From assembly GCF_006345805.1 (NCBI RefSeq), contig NC_043011.1, positions 14,024,464 through 14,088,463 on the forward strand: 64,000 nucleotides of DNA, in the 5' to 3' direction. Source of the stretch: Octopus sinensis (lineage: Eukaryota). The position numbers were made by a program, and so were the translations under genes. Of this stretch, positions 27,213 to 39,362 are shown in pieces (the stretch's first letter is position 1; every line of letters starts with the position of its first letter). A model generated the notes under the pieces. That model did no database searches. It saw nothing but the letters and a program-made list of their open reading frames with translations, and was not told where the DNA came from.

Positions 27213-28169
27213 GAATTCTATAGGTCTTTTATTGCCGAACCACTATGCTACAAGGACAGAAACACACCAACACTGGTTGTAAAGTGGTGGTGGGGGACAA
27301 ACACGCACACATATGTACACACATGCATGCACACACACACACATGTATTTAATAGACATATCCTGAAATTTTCCTTTAGCTGTGCACCTCATGTAAAAAA
27401 GCTTTTAGTAGGTAGAGCCAGTTCTGCAAGAGTCACATGAATGCTTTCTGCCCTGTAAAATTAAAAAAACAAAAAAAGGATGTTAACAACAGCAAGATCT
27501 AGAGATTGTCATTCCAGCAGCACCACAGGTTGAAGTCTTGGAATTGTTGGAGGAGTTGCTTTAGCCTCAATGCCAAAAGCTGAGGAATCTTTTCTTCCAG
27601 CCATAGTTAAATGTTGACAGCAACAGCAAACCTCAGTCTCCACAACACTTACCAACTGTCTTGTAATAATGATGATGATGCTATGTTGGCTGTGGAGATA
27701 AGTTCCCAAATTGCCAAGGGAAATACAAACGGGGAAAAACAAAAAGAAGTCTCTAAAAAAGAGGGGTAAAAAAAAAGCCTACAGAAAACAAAACAAAAAA
27801 AAGAAATGGTTGAAGGGGAATAATCTACACCAGGCTTTGATTGGCTGTTTTAGAAACCATGTCGAGATAGACAAAGGGAGCCTGGTGCAGTTCTTTAGTA
27901 TGCCAACTCCTGTCAAACCATCCATGCAATGTCAGCATGGAAAATAAATGGTAAATGATGATGATGATGCCTTTCTTCAGAGTAATGACAAACACAATGA
28001 TGAGGTGGATGATGAACTGAGATTCACCATCATTCGAAGACCAAACTAACATCAATTCGACAGAATCACATATCTGTGGTGCAAGGGATTATAACGGTGA
28101 TGTCAGAATGACATTGATACAGATGGATTGCGAATACAAAAGACATGAAAAGAATCATAATCATTATCA

Positions 28170-28495
28170 TCATCATTGTTTAACGTCCGTTTTCCTTGCT
28201 AGCATGGGTTGGACGGTTCGACTGGGGTCTGGGAAGCCAGAAGGCTGCACCAGGCTCCAGTCTGATCTGGCAGTGTTTCTACAGCTGGATGCCCTTCCTA
28301 ATGCCAACCACACCATGAGTGTAGTGGGTGCTTTTTACGTGCCAGGCTAGACTGGCAACGGCCACGATCGGTTGGTGCTTTTTACGTGCCACCGGCACAG
28401 AAGCCAGTCAAGGTGGCGCTGGTATTGGCCATGTTAGGATGGTGCTTTTTACGTGCCACTGGCACAGGGATCACAACTACAATTTCCATTGATTT
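28170..28495 (-). mobile_element. RTE 3'UTR fragment
   Basis: Same tail motif; inverted relative to the copy at 28700-28995. Confidence 0.85.
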
Positions 28496-28699
28496 TTGGT
28501 AAAAACAATACAAAGACAGTACAATAAAATGAAAAACGCATCCCCTGAAGACATCCCCATGTTAATGGCCCCTTTGAGTGCATGAGAGCAATATGAGCAA
28601 TGGTGAGCTGGTAGCGAAACAGGGGTGCTCTAACCCAACCTAATCAATATATAGATAAGAACACAAAGTATTTTATGCTTTATTCTTGACTTTTAGGGC

Positions 28700-28995
28700 A
28701 CCATTAGAGTGTGATCGTTACCAACATCGTCTTACTGGCACCTGTGCTGGTGGAATGTGTAAAAGGATTCGAGCGAGGTCGTTGCCAGTACCGCCTGACT
28801 GGTCCCCGTGCCAGTGGCACATAAAAAGCACCCATTACACTCTCAGAGTGGTTGGCTCTAGGAAGGGCATCCAGCTGTAGAAACTCTGCCAAATCAAGAT
28901 TGGAGACTGGTGCAACCATCTGGTTCGCCAGCCCTCAGTCAAAATCGTCCAACCCATGCTAGCATGGAAAGTGGACGTTAAACGATGATGATGAT
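28700..28995 (+). mobile_element. RTE 3'UTR fragment
   Basis: Ends ggacgttaaacgatgatgatgat. Confidence 0.85.
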
Positions 28996-29457
28996 ACTTT
29001 CAATTTATTTGTATGCGGTTATTTGTTTTATAAATTTTTAAACTTATGACCACTTCAGTTGCATAATGCCTTTCACCATTCCCTTCATCTTTGTATACCT
29101 TTTTGTCCCACCCTAAATGCCTTTGTAACTCCACCGTCCCATTTAACATACATTGCATTTTATTGTATCTCTTCAAACTCTTGAAGCCAATAAAGAAAAG
29201 TAAACAGTTGTCATGATTATTCATTATTATTATTATTATTGTACTAGCTTTGGCAGTACATATACTAAAATTGGAATGGTACAGAGGAGATTGTTATTAT
29301 TATTAGTTCAATTTCTGCCAAGGTCCACTTTGCCATTCACTTTTTGGGATTGATAAAATGAGTATCAGATGAAAACTGGAGTCGATGTAATCGATTTACC
29401 TTCTACCCTGAACTTCTTGGCCTTGTGCCAAAATTTGAAATCATCATTATTATTATG

Positions 29458-29888
29458 TCAGACACTTTCCTCTTTGGTCAAGTCCTCATCAACTTTTTCA
29501 AGTTTCACTTGAAAAGGAAGATGAGAGTAGAGAGGGAAGTGCTGTGTCTGGTAGCAAGTTTATTGAAAGGTGGGTGAATGTCGCAAGAATGGCCAGTATG
29601 AACGGACCAATTCAGAGGATACACCTATGAAAAAAAATTAAAAGGAAATATAAAAGGAGAAAGGGGCTCTCTACCCACCGTGGCTTTTATGGGTTTTTCC
29701 ACGAGTAACCTTTTGAAGCGTCTCCCCCTATTGGGAGTTTTAATTGTTACTTACATGTTGTTATCCTGCTTTTGTACACGGACTTTTTTCAAACGGACAA
29801 AACCCTTTGTAACTTTCGTCCTGTGTTTTGTCCCTTTATGTTTTAATTGATTTTTGTTAGCCCTTGTGGCCAATAAACGAATTAATTA
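29458..29888 (+). mobile_element. Probable Tx1/L1-clade LINE 3' end
   Basis: Frameshifted GQVLINFFKFHLKRKMRVEREVL..KFIERWVNVARMASMNGPIQRIHL*, then a U-rich 3'UTR ending ttagcccttgtggccaataaacgaat. Clade call is from a recalled C-terminal pattern. Confidence 0.55.
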
Positions 29889-30051
29889 TTATCAGTATCT
29901 TCATTAAAGATACTCAACCATCCTAATAGAGAAAAACATTGATGATGAAATGAACTAATATTTTTCGAAAAGTTTTCGTTGTAGCGTAGGGCAGTATGAT
30001 GGCGAATGAAATTTTGTTTTCAGATGTAGTTTGCTTTAAATATCTAAAACG

Positions 30052-30612
30052 GCAACTTGCATCACCGGTCTGGAACCCCTATCTTGCCCAGGATATTAAT
30101 CTTCTGGAAGGCGTTCAGCGACGTGCAACCAAAAGAATACCCTCCATCAGGCATTTGCCATATTCTGAACGCCTTACCTCCCTGGGCATGGACACATTGA
30201 AACTCCGACGTCTGGCAGCTGACTTGGCAGACACCCATAAAATTATTAACCATCTTACAAATAATAACTCTGAGCACCTTTTCAAACTCCACCTGTCTAA
30301 CACCCGTGGACATGTTTACAAAGTCAGAAAACAGCACAGCTCCCATGACTTTCGGAAACATTTTTTCACGCTGAGAGTTGCTGAAGCATCAGTTGTTAGT
30401 TGTCGGAGCACTGCATCCTTCAAAACTTCCATGCTTCCTGAGATTCGCCAACACTACACCTGATTTTCTCTCCTCCATACACATGCAAGCATGTATCTGA
30501 CTCATACACTGTTTGCTTTCCAGACGTTTGTACATTACTGCATATACTTTATACGCACTTTTTGACAAGTTGTGGTGCACCTGAGCACTGTATACAATAA
30601 TTTCATTATTAT
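30052..30612 (+). mobile_element. CR1-clade LINE 3' fragment
   Basis: WNPYLAQDINLLEGVQRRATKRIP...LRRL...RGHVYKVRKQ...RKHFFTLRV, then a 3'UTR ending gtggtgcacctgagcactgtatacaataatttcattattatt. Confidence 0.9.
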
Positions 30613-30646
30613 TTTTAAAACAAAAGACAAGATACTGTTTGGAGTA

Positions 30647-30657
30647 TTTATTTTATT
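30647..30657 (-). promoter_or_regulatory. Probable VPS37A polyadenylation signal (two overlapping AATAAA)
   Basis: Minus strand reads AATAAAATAAA about 375 nt after the stop, followed by a GU/U-rich tract (gtatcttgtcttttgtttt). Confidence 0.55.
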
Positions 30658-31030
30658 CATTTTTACATATCATACTGATATCAATTGTGGAACTATGGAG
30701 ATAAATTAGAAGGCCAGTAGAAAAATTAGTTCCGGAAAGTTTGGAAAAAAAACAAGAGAAAAAAAAGAGGTAGGAGAGAGGGTAGAAAGTAACCTCTTTA
30801 TAATGAAACAAAATAATAATTTTCCAATAGTTTTTGTACAAGATGAGAAACAGATTTCTGTGAATTAAGTGTTGCGATGTCCTTTATGTAGTGGCTATAC
30901 AAAGGTCACTGAGGGCAATATATTTACCCTATATATGGTACAATGCTATGAGTAACTGTGATATATTCTTTTTTTTAAAGATATTCATAGGAGTAATAAT
31001 TTCACTTTCTTTGAAGAACACTTCACTAGA

Positions 31031-31108
31031 TCACATGTGAGGATAGAATCCGCTTGCCAGTATGATTTGGTTCAGTTTTTCCTCTTTGGCTCTCCGACAG
31101 TGGCATAA
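31031..31108 (-). CDS. VPS37A: VPS37A terminal coding exon
   Basis: ttttttttgtag|TTA TGC CAC TGT CGG AGA GCC AAA GAG GAA AAA CTG...ATG TGA. LCHCRRAKEEKLNQIILASGFYPHM* resembles human ICHCRRAKEEKLQQ. Confidence 0.96.
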   Translation of the reverse strand, partial: LCHCRRAKEEKLNQIILASGFYPHM

Positions 31109-31164
31109 CTACAAAAAAAAAGAAAGAGAAAAGTAGAAAAAAACAAAAAAACAAAGAGTAAATA

Positions 31165-31384
31165 TATTTCTTTACTGCCCACAAGGGGCTAAACATAGAG
31201 GGGACAAACAAGGACAGACAAAGGGATTAAGTCGATTACATCGACCCTAGTGCGAAACTGGTACTTAATTTATCGACCCCGAAAGGATGAAAGGTAAAGT
31301 CGACCATGGCGGAATTTGAACTCAGAACGCAACGACAGACGAAATACCGCTAAGCATTTCGCCCAGTGTGCTAATGTTTCTGCA
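31165..31384 (-). mobile_element. SINE family B
   Basis: Monomer about 55 bp upstream of the last VPS37A acceptor. Confidence 0.88.
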
Positions 31385-31481
31385 CATCTAGGGCACATCT
31401 AATTAAATTGTGTAATCTTACGTTCACCACCTCCACCACCAACATCATCATCATCAACAACACTATCATCCACATACATAT

Positions 31482-31776
31482 TCTTTTATTTGTTTCAGTC
31501 ATTTGACCCCAGGACTTATTCTTTGTAAGCCTAGTACTTATTCTATCAGTCTCTTTTGCTGAACTGCTAATTTACAGGGATGTAAACATACCAACATCAG
31601 TTGTCCAGCGATGGTGGGGCTTCTTTCAGTCTCTGCCTACCAAATCTACTCATGAGGCTTTGGTCAGCCCGAGGCTATAGTAGAAGACATTTGCCCAAGG
31701 TGCCATGCAGTGGGACTGAACCTGGAATCAAGTGGTTGGTAAGCAAGCTACTTACCACACAGCCACTCCTGTGCCT
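31482..31776 (-). mobile_element. SINE family A (internally deleted)
   Basis: Same motifs. Confidence 0.85.
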
Positions 31777-31951
31777 ATATATATACACGTATACACATAT
31801 GGAGAACCTTACTTCAAGGGCTTATATGCCCCAATATTAGACTATTTACCTTAGTCAATGCAGAGTGATCACTTTAGCTTATAAAATATTATTATTGTTT
31901 ACTGATTTGTAAATTCAACACCACTTACCAAAAATCATCGCATATATATAT

Positions 31952-32271
31952 ATATTCATATTTTAAAATAGAAAACCACCCTTTAACAGGTAATTTTTTA
32001 CATGCTAGAAATAGCAGCCAACATGGCCAAAACCACAATTTAATAGCAAATTTCGAAGTAAATGAAAAATAAAAACTTTTACTTTGTTATTTAATGGTTA
32101 TACCATGGTTTCGAATTTCTTTAGCAAATAACATTATTTGCCATCCTTTAATAGGTAATTTAGCAAAACAATATTATCCACCAGGCAAATAATATTATTT
32201 GCTAAAGAAATTCAAAACCATGGTATAACCATTAAATAACAAGGTAATTTTCTATTTTAAAATATGAATAT
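31952..32271. repeat. Nested inverted repeat (fold-back)
   Basis: 64-bp arms at 32079-32142 and 32184-32247; outer 24-bp arms at 31952-31975 and 32248-32271. Confidence 0.85.
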
Positions 32272-32350
32272 GTTGTCTATTGACTATGTATACATGCTGG
32301 GCCACTGGTGGTGATATTTATAACGAATATTTGCCACCCAATAGATGTAT

Positions 32351-32391
<41 letters not shown>

Positions 32392-32584
32392 AAATAGTAA
32401 GGGATTACTCCAAATGTTTACCAGTTTGCTCTCTGGTATTTAAAATAAGTTATTCATCAATTAATATATAAATCTAATATTCTCATAAGATAAGAATTTA
32501 GAGATATATTCTGTTGGATAATTTTGAATATATTACCGTAACCATATAGGAATTCAGGAGTATATAATGTCAACAATAATAAAA

Positions 32585-33465
32585 ATAATAAGGATTATTA
32601 CAAAGTAGCATAGTATTACCTTTAATCCTTTTTGTATATATACAGCTTTACATAGACCTACACGTTTTAACTGCAACCCTTCTATAATACTGGTGCAGTT
32701 TCTTCAGAGTCTTCACTTTTATTCATTTATACTGAGAAAATATGAATTTCCTCATGTGTAAGCATCTCGAAGCTTGTTCTTGTTTAGAATCTATTATATT
32801 ACCCTTAGATGTAAAAATTTGGTAAAATTCTTCTAACCATAAATCACATATTTTAGTTCCAGGTCTCTATGGTTTTGAGTTCATTTAGAGTTAAAAATTA
32901 AAGATTCCAAACAAGTCTTAGTAAACTGATCTGGTTCTATTAAAGACAGAAACAAAGACTATACGATCAACTGTGAACTAATTTGTACTGCAAAACCATA
33001 CAAACCATGAACTAATAGATGTGACCTATGTTTAGAAGAATTTTACCAAATTTTTACATCTAAGGGTAATGTAATACATTCTAGAAAGGAACAAACTTTG
33101 AGATGCTTGCACATGAGGAAATTCACATTTGCCTAGTATAAACGAATAATAAACATTTAAACAGAATGTTTTGAAATGACGAACTATAAGTGATTATCCA
33201 TTCAAAACTTGAATTGGAGATGGTTCATGTCTAACTTAACAAACAACTCTACATCATACAGAGTAGATAAACGAAAAACTTTAAACAGTTAAATTGAAAG
33301 ATATTAAGTGAAGATCTCTAAAGAAACTGCACTGTTATTATAGTAGGGTTGCAATTGCAATATTAACTAATCAGGGCAGTTAAAACATGTGTAGGTCTAT
33401 GTAAAGCTGTATATATAAAAAGAATTAAAGGTAATGCTATGCTACTTTGTAATAATCCTTATTAT
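32585..33465. mobile_element. Head-to-head inverted pair of PLE 3' ends (32585-32882 minus, 32885-33465 plus)
   Basis: Right arm encodes LSKLIWSIKDRNKDYTINCELICTAKPYKP*TNRCDLCLEEF..RCLHMRKF. Left arm is its reverse complement. Both 3'UTRs carry a degenerate hammerhead motif. Confidence 0.8.
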
Positions 33466-33467
33466 CA

Positions 33468-34020
33468 TGCTAGGGGTGTAACCAGTCCACTTATGCGCGC
33501 CTTTTCTTCATTGGACACTAAACTCAGCTTGCAAAGACCAGTTGAGGCAAGTGAAATCGAAGTCGAAATCAAACTCGGTGACTGGCATCTGTTGCTAGTG
33601 GAGCGCTAACAGTACCATATGAGTGAGATTGTTGCCAGAGCAACAAGCTGGCCTCCGTGCCGATGGCACGTTAAGCACACCATTCGAGCATGATCGTTAC
33701 CACGTCGCCTTACCAGCACTTGTGCTGGTGGCATGTGAAATATTTGAGCGAGGTCGTCACCAGTGCCGCTGGACTGGCTCCTGTGCAGGTGGCATGTAAA
33801 AACCACCATGGCTGTTGCCAGTACCACGATACTGGCCCTCGTACCAGTGACATGTAAAAGCACCCACTACACCCTCGGAGTGGTTGGCATTAGGAAGGGC
33901 ATCCAGCTGTAGAAACTCTGCCAGATCAGATTGGAGTCTGGTTCTCCAGCCCTCAGTCAAATCGTCCAACCCATGCTAGCATGGAAAGTGGACATTAAAT
34001 GATGATGATGATGATCATCA
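33468..34020 (+). mobile_element. RTE 3'UTR (near full length)
   Basis: ggggtgtaaccagtccacttatgc...ggacattaaatgatgatgat. Confidence 0.85.
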
Positions 34021-34951
34021 TCATCGTCATTATTATTATCGATACACACATACATATATATTTGTTAGGTACCCATCTCTCCACTCTGAAAACAGGGGCC
34101 AAATCTACCTAATGTTTATATGCTTCCGCTACTGGTTGCATATCCTTGACTTTTTGCAAACTATATCTGCCAACATTATGAAGTAATTTCAAGCCCCTAG
34201 AAACACATAATAGGCTCATAATACCATACCCTCTCCCCTTAATTTTCTGTGTCTTTGTATTCAGTGTAAGTTTGCTCTGTTAATATGTAAATATCTGTAT
34301 ATTTAAACATTAATATGCAATTTCTGAATATTTTCAGTCTTGTTTTCTCTGTATTTACATGTATATATGTGTGTGTATATTTTGTATATCTAACCTAAGC
34401 GGTTTCATTTGTTTATTAGCATCATTATCTCTATCTGTCTGTCTCTCTGTCTCTCTCTCTCTCTCTACATACACACATGTACAGATATAGTTTTTATTGT
34501 TGGCTTTGTGATAGTCACTTAGCCTAAAGTATTATTAATTCTAATTAAGCACACATAAGCATCCTTCTGTACGTTAGTGTTATCAAAAAGATTATCAGGC
34601 ACTGTCTCATACAAAGAAATGTTACATTAACAATGCATGTCAAGATAATCTCGTAAATAAAGAAATGATGAGAAATGAGTAGGAGGAGAAGACGGATTAA
34701 CTCAATGATGATGATGAAGAAGTGAAATACAAGGAAGAAGTACTTTAATTTTTAACGACTGCAATAATAGCCACACATAATTTCATTCTATTAATCCTTT
34801 CATTTGTATATTGTTGTAGAAATACACTGCTTTTGTTACAATTAATTTTGAAAATAATAAAGAACTTTTGTCCTTATTAAAGCTGATGTTTGGAGCATTA
34901 ATATAAAATTTTGATGGAAGGTTTTAATTTGGATTGCTTTAACCCTTTAGC

Positions 34952-35337
34952 ATTACAAACAATAACTCTGAGCACCTTTTCAAACTCCACCCGTCTAACA
35001 CCCGTGGACATGTTTACAAAGTCAGAAAACAGCACAGCTCCCATGACTTCCGGAAACATTTTCTCACGCTAAAAGTTGCTGAAGCATGGAACAGACTGCC
35101 AGCATCAGTTGTTAGTTGTCGGAGGACTGCATCCTTCAAAACTTCCATGCTTCCTGAGATTCGCCAACATTACACCTGATTTTCTCCCCTCCATACACAC
35201 ACAAGCATGTATCTGACTCATACACTGTTCACTTTCCAGACATTTGTACATTACTGCATATATTTTATACGCACTTTTTGACAAGTTGTGGTGCACCTGA
35301 GCACTGTATACAATAATTTCATTATTATTATTATTAT
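34952..35337 (+). mobile_element. Second copy of the same CR1 3' end
   Basis: Nearly identical to 30260-30612. Retains the 18-nt ggaacagactgccagcat that the first copy lost between agcat microhomologies. (ATT)n tail. Confidence 0.9.
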
Positions 35338-35462
35338 AAACAACATAGACAAATACTATGAAAAAGAAGAATGACTGGTATTAAGAGTTGGTATTAAATA
35401 AAATTAAAAAGTGGAAAAAAAGACTGGAAAAAAGATTTCAAAAAACACAAGATTTTACTCAC

Positions 35463-35512
35463 AGTTCTTTCTTCTGTAAAGCATTGTTTGAATTCTTCAA
35501 TATCAATTTTTC
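35463..35512 (-). CDS. VPS37A: VPS37A exon
   Basis: cattacag|GA AAA ATT...AGA ACT|gtgagt. GKIDIEEFKQCFTEERT resembles human GKMEIDDFLSSFMEKRT. 50 nt. Confidence 0.95.
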
Positions 35513-35994
35513 CTGTAATGAATATTATAAACAATTGTAATTACTTCTGAGAAAACAATTTCCTACTTAAGTTTATAAATTTATATTTAAAAGTAGCTAA
35601 ATTTCAAGTAAATTATTTTTCTTTAAGTAGAAAGTATTTAAATCGATTTTTATAGATCTCAATCGTTTTGTAAACGTTGGTTGAATGGGCAGGTTTGGGG
35701 TTTAGGGGGACTGATAGTCATTCAAACCATGACTGTCCCTGTTTTTGTAGGAATATGGAAGGATGAAGATAGGACCCTGTAGTAAAAAAATAATTGCTTC
35801 ATAATAACATAATTTCAGATTGAATTTCACTGCAGTACCTTCTTCAGGTCAAGTGAAATTTGGTCATCAGAATCTGTGTGGAAGCCTGTCAAAGAAACCA
35901 TTCCTGTTCTTGAGTGACAGACTTAAATCATTGCCACCACTTGGCTTCTGAGTGCCTTTAATGGAGTATGGAGTACACTCTGTTGCAAGTTTTC

Positions 35995-36290
35995 AAGTGG
36001 AGGCCTAGTGGTTAGAACAGCGGACTCTTGGTTGAGGGATCATGGGTTCGAATCTCAGACTGGGCGGTGTGTGTGTTTATGAGCAAAAACACCTAAGCTC
36101 CACGCAGCTCCGGCAGAAGGTAACGGCGAAACTTCTGCTGACTCTTTCACCACAACTTTCTCTCACTCTTTCCTCCTGCATCTTGCAGCTCACCTGCAAC
36201 GGACCGGCGTCCCGTCCAGGTGGGGAACCTATACACCAAGAAACCCTTATGAGCCAGGCATGGCTTGAGAAGGAACAAACATCAACAAGT
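35995..36290 (+). mobile_element. SINE family E, second copy
   Basis: Homologous to 55335-55640. Confidence 0.8.
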
Positions 36291-36688
36291 TTTCAAACCA
36301 AGTCTTTAGTCCAAGGACAACTTCCTTCACTCACCAACTATGGAGTTTTAAAAACGTTACATAAATGGTGTTATTTATTTCTAACCTTCTGTGAAAACAT
36401 GTCCAGCCATTACCTTAGTTGGAAACAGAAAGGTCATCTGACCATAGAAAATCTGTCTCAATGAATTCTGTTTTGAATATGCAAGCAGAGTTATGTATCT
36501 TGTCCAAGAGTACAACACCCTTGGCACATGATAAAGTCTATGAGAGAAAGTGTCTATTTCAACAGACATTATTTCCTAACCTTTGGAAAAGATCAATTGA
36601 ATAATCAATGATTTTGCATTCAATATACAACTACCATTTTACCCTTCGAAGAATAATACTGTTGCTTGAATGCCACACAAAGCCTGTC

Positions 36689-37107
36689 GGATATTTTCGG
36701 TTTGAATGGCAGTTTTTAACATAATTTCTAGGTAACTAAAAAATTTTAAACTTCGTATACTGATAGAATGTGTTTATAAAACATCTTTTTCTCTTGGCTT
36801 TATTGAGAAAATTCTATAGTTTGTAAGATATTTGTTGTTTTTTTTCTTCAATTTCTGCAATTTCAACCAATCACTGACGTCTGTTGAGGTAAAAAAACAT
36901 TCTGTGCCGTATGAATATGCCCCCCGTTTAAGAAACAGATTTGGTTTATTTATATTTGTGAAGAAAAAAAAGATACCCTTCCCCCCACCCCTAACCCTAA
37001 CCCTAAAACAGATTGAAATGCAATAGATTGATACTAGGGTCATAATTATGGGTGACAATTTCATATGACACCGCTAGAAAAAACTGCCATTCAAACCGAA
37101 AAGATCC
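36689..37107. mobile_element. Second copy of the same MITE (opposite orientation)
   Basis: TSD agcctgtc on both sides. Ends 27 bp from the VPS37A donor at 37135. Confidence 0.88.
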
Positions 37108-37134
37108 AGCCTGTCTAGTGAAAACCCATCTTAC

Positions 37135-37297
37135 CATTAAGAAAATCTTCAGCAATCTTTTCTGACTTTTCATCTGCTTCCATTACGGCTACCTTTATGT
37201 TACTTTGAATACTGGTGGGGTGAAACTGGTCAGACAGACACATATGGTGCTCACTTTCTTCTTCAAATTCGTTCTGTAACATCTCCAACTCATCCAG
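37135..37297 (-). CDS. VPS37A: VPS37A exon
   Basis: ttccttccag|CTG GAT GAG...CTT AAT G|gtaaga. LDELEMLQNEF...IKVAVMEADEKSEKIAEDFLN resembles human LKVAAHEAEEESDNIAEDFLE. 163 nt. Confidence 0.95.
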
Positions 37298-37589
37298 CTG
37301 GAAGGAAATAGTGGATAATTAGTTTATATTATTTTCCCATATTTCTTTGATATGTGACTAAGATGTAACTTGAAACATCATATTAGAACTGACTGTACTC
37401 CATGCATACAAAACTAAAATCAAATTCAATTATAATTTGTATCACATACTGAGTCCCCCGTTAATTATACATGTCCCACTATCTACAAACAGCTACATAT
37501 ATTACCTTCACAAAATTACTCCTTTCTTTGAAAAACACAGAAGACATATACATCAGTATAAATTCACTGCCTTTCTTAGCCCAATTTCT

Positions 37590-37865
37590 GTGCTGCGTCT
37601 TACTGGCACCTGTGCCAGTGGCACGTATAAAAGGATTCGAGCGAGGTCGTTGCCAGTACTGCCTGACTGGCCTCCGTGCCGGTGGCACATAAAAAGCACC
37701 CACTACACTCTCAGAGTGGTTGGCGTTAGGAAGGGCATCCAGCTGTAGAAACCCCACCAAATCTAGATTGGAGCCTGGTGCAGCCATCTGGTTTGCCAGC
37801 CCTCAGTCAAAATCGTCCAACCCATGCTAGCATGGAAAGCAGATGTTAAACGATGATGATGATGT
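37590..37865 (+). mobile_element. RTE 3'UTR fragment
   Basis: Same tail with GAT repeats. Confidence 0.85.
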
Positions 37866-38217
37866 TCAACAAGATGTAAACACCTTAACTTTACAAACGA
37901 TACTTTCTTTAATATTAAGATATTGTCTGTAAGTTGCTTACATCTATTTATTAGATACAGTGCAGGCTAAACTCTACATATTCTGTAGTACAATACAGTA
38001 ATGAAACAAAATGTACAAGTAATTTATTAATTTATTGATAGTTTAATAAACTGGTATTATATTTATACATCATAGTGTATACATATACACCTAGTAGGAT
38101 TAAACATTTGAAATCAAGAAAAAGCATTAGAAACAACAGCCATGTTTTAGCATTGTCAATAATTCTGGTGAACTAATATTTATTTTAGTAACTACAAAAT
38201 GTTGATTATTTTCTTAC

Positions 38218-38276
38218 CTTCTTTAGCAAGGACTTTTTAAGTTGTTCTGTCACTGGTTTTTTCTTCAAATTTTTTT
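38218..38276 (-). CDS. VPS37A: VPS37A exon
   Basis: gttttatag|AA AAA AAT TTG...AAG AAG|gtaaga. (E)KNLKKKPVTEQLKKSLLKK resembles human RKNLLLEPSLEAKRQTVLDK. 59 nt. Confidence 0.92.
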
Positions 38277-38694
38277 CTATAAAACGTATATTTAAAAAAA
38301 AAATGATAAAAATTTAAAATATAATAGAATTCAATAATATATTCTCTGATGCAAACATTGGTAAAGTTAAATTGCATAGGCATTAGAACTTTCCCTTGAA
38401 TGGCTCATATGATTAGAATGCTGACAAAATTGAGACGATGTACCCAATACATCCAAAAATTTCTACTAACCATGTAATAAGACTAAACGTGATAATAATT
38501 TGAGGGACACAACACTTTGAAGTCTTCCTTTCATAAATGAAGTCCCAATTAATTTAGTAACTGAAACTCTAAGTTAAATCACATATATTAATATTCTTAA
38601 CTTTAATTCTATCTACACGCGTAACAAATAAAATTCCCAAACAATGGAAATGAAAAATTGCTGTCGTGATTGACAGCTGTTGATTTTAACTAAC

Positions 38695-38822
38695 CTGCAA
38701 GGCTAATACATTCATCAGACATTTGTTGGCGTTCTTTCTCAATTTTGATCACTTCAGGTAGATTCTGAAGCATTTCAAACAGTTTGCCCTCATCATTCAT
38801 CAGTTCGTTTAACTCTGTTATA
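38695..38822 (-). CDS. VPS37A: VPS37A exon (start of Mod(r)/VPS37 C-terminal region)
   Basis: ctatttcag|T ATA ACA...GCA G|gttagt. ITELNELMNDEGKLFEMLQNLPEVIKIEKERQQMSDECISLA. 128 nt, phase 2 to 1. Confidence 0.93.
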
Positions 38823-38961
38823 CTGAAATAGAAACATCGTTTCATCATTATTAATATTAACGATTTTGCAAAACGTAATGTTTATAAAAACATTCAGGAA
38901 AATAGCAACAGAATTAAGTTTAACATTATTGAAAACGTATTATTTATAACATCCCTAATAT

Positions 38962-39362
38962 AGCACGTAGGAGTGGGTGTGTGGTAAGTGGCTTGCTTAC
39001 AAACCATATGGTTCTGGGTTCAGTCCCACTGCGTGGCACCTTGGGCAAGTGTCTTCTACTATAGCCTTGGGCCGACCAAAGCCTTGTGAGTGTATTTGGT
39101 AGACAGAAACTGAAAGAAGCCCGTCGTATATATCTGTATGTATGTATGTATATGTTTGTGTGTCCGTGATTTTCCTCCCAACATCGCTTGGCAACTGATG
39201 CTGGTGTGTTTACGTCCCTGTAACTTAGCAGCTCGGCAAAAGAGACCGATAGAACAAGTACTGGGCTTACAAAGAATAAGTCCCGGGGTCGATTTGCTCG
39301 ACTGAAGGCGGTGCTCCAGCATGGCCACAGTCAAATCACTGAAACAAGTAAAAGAGTAAGAG
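38962..39362 (+). mobile_element. SINE family A
   Basis: Full length. Confidence 0.88.
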
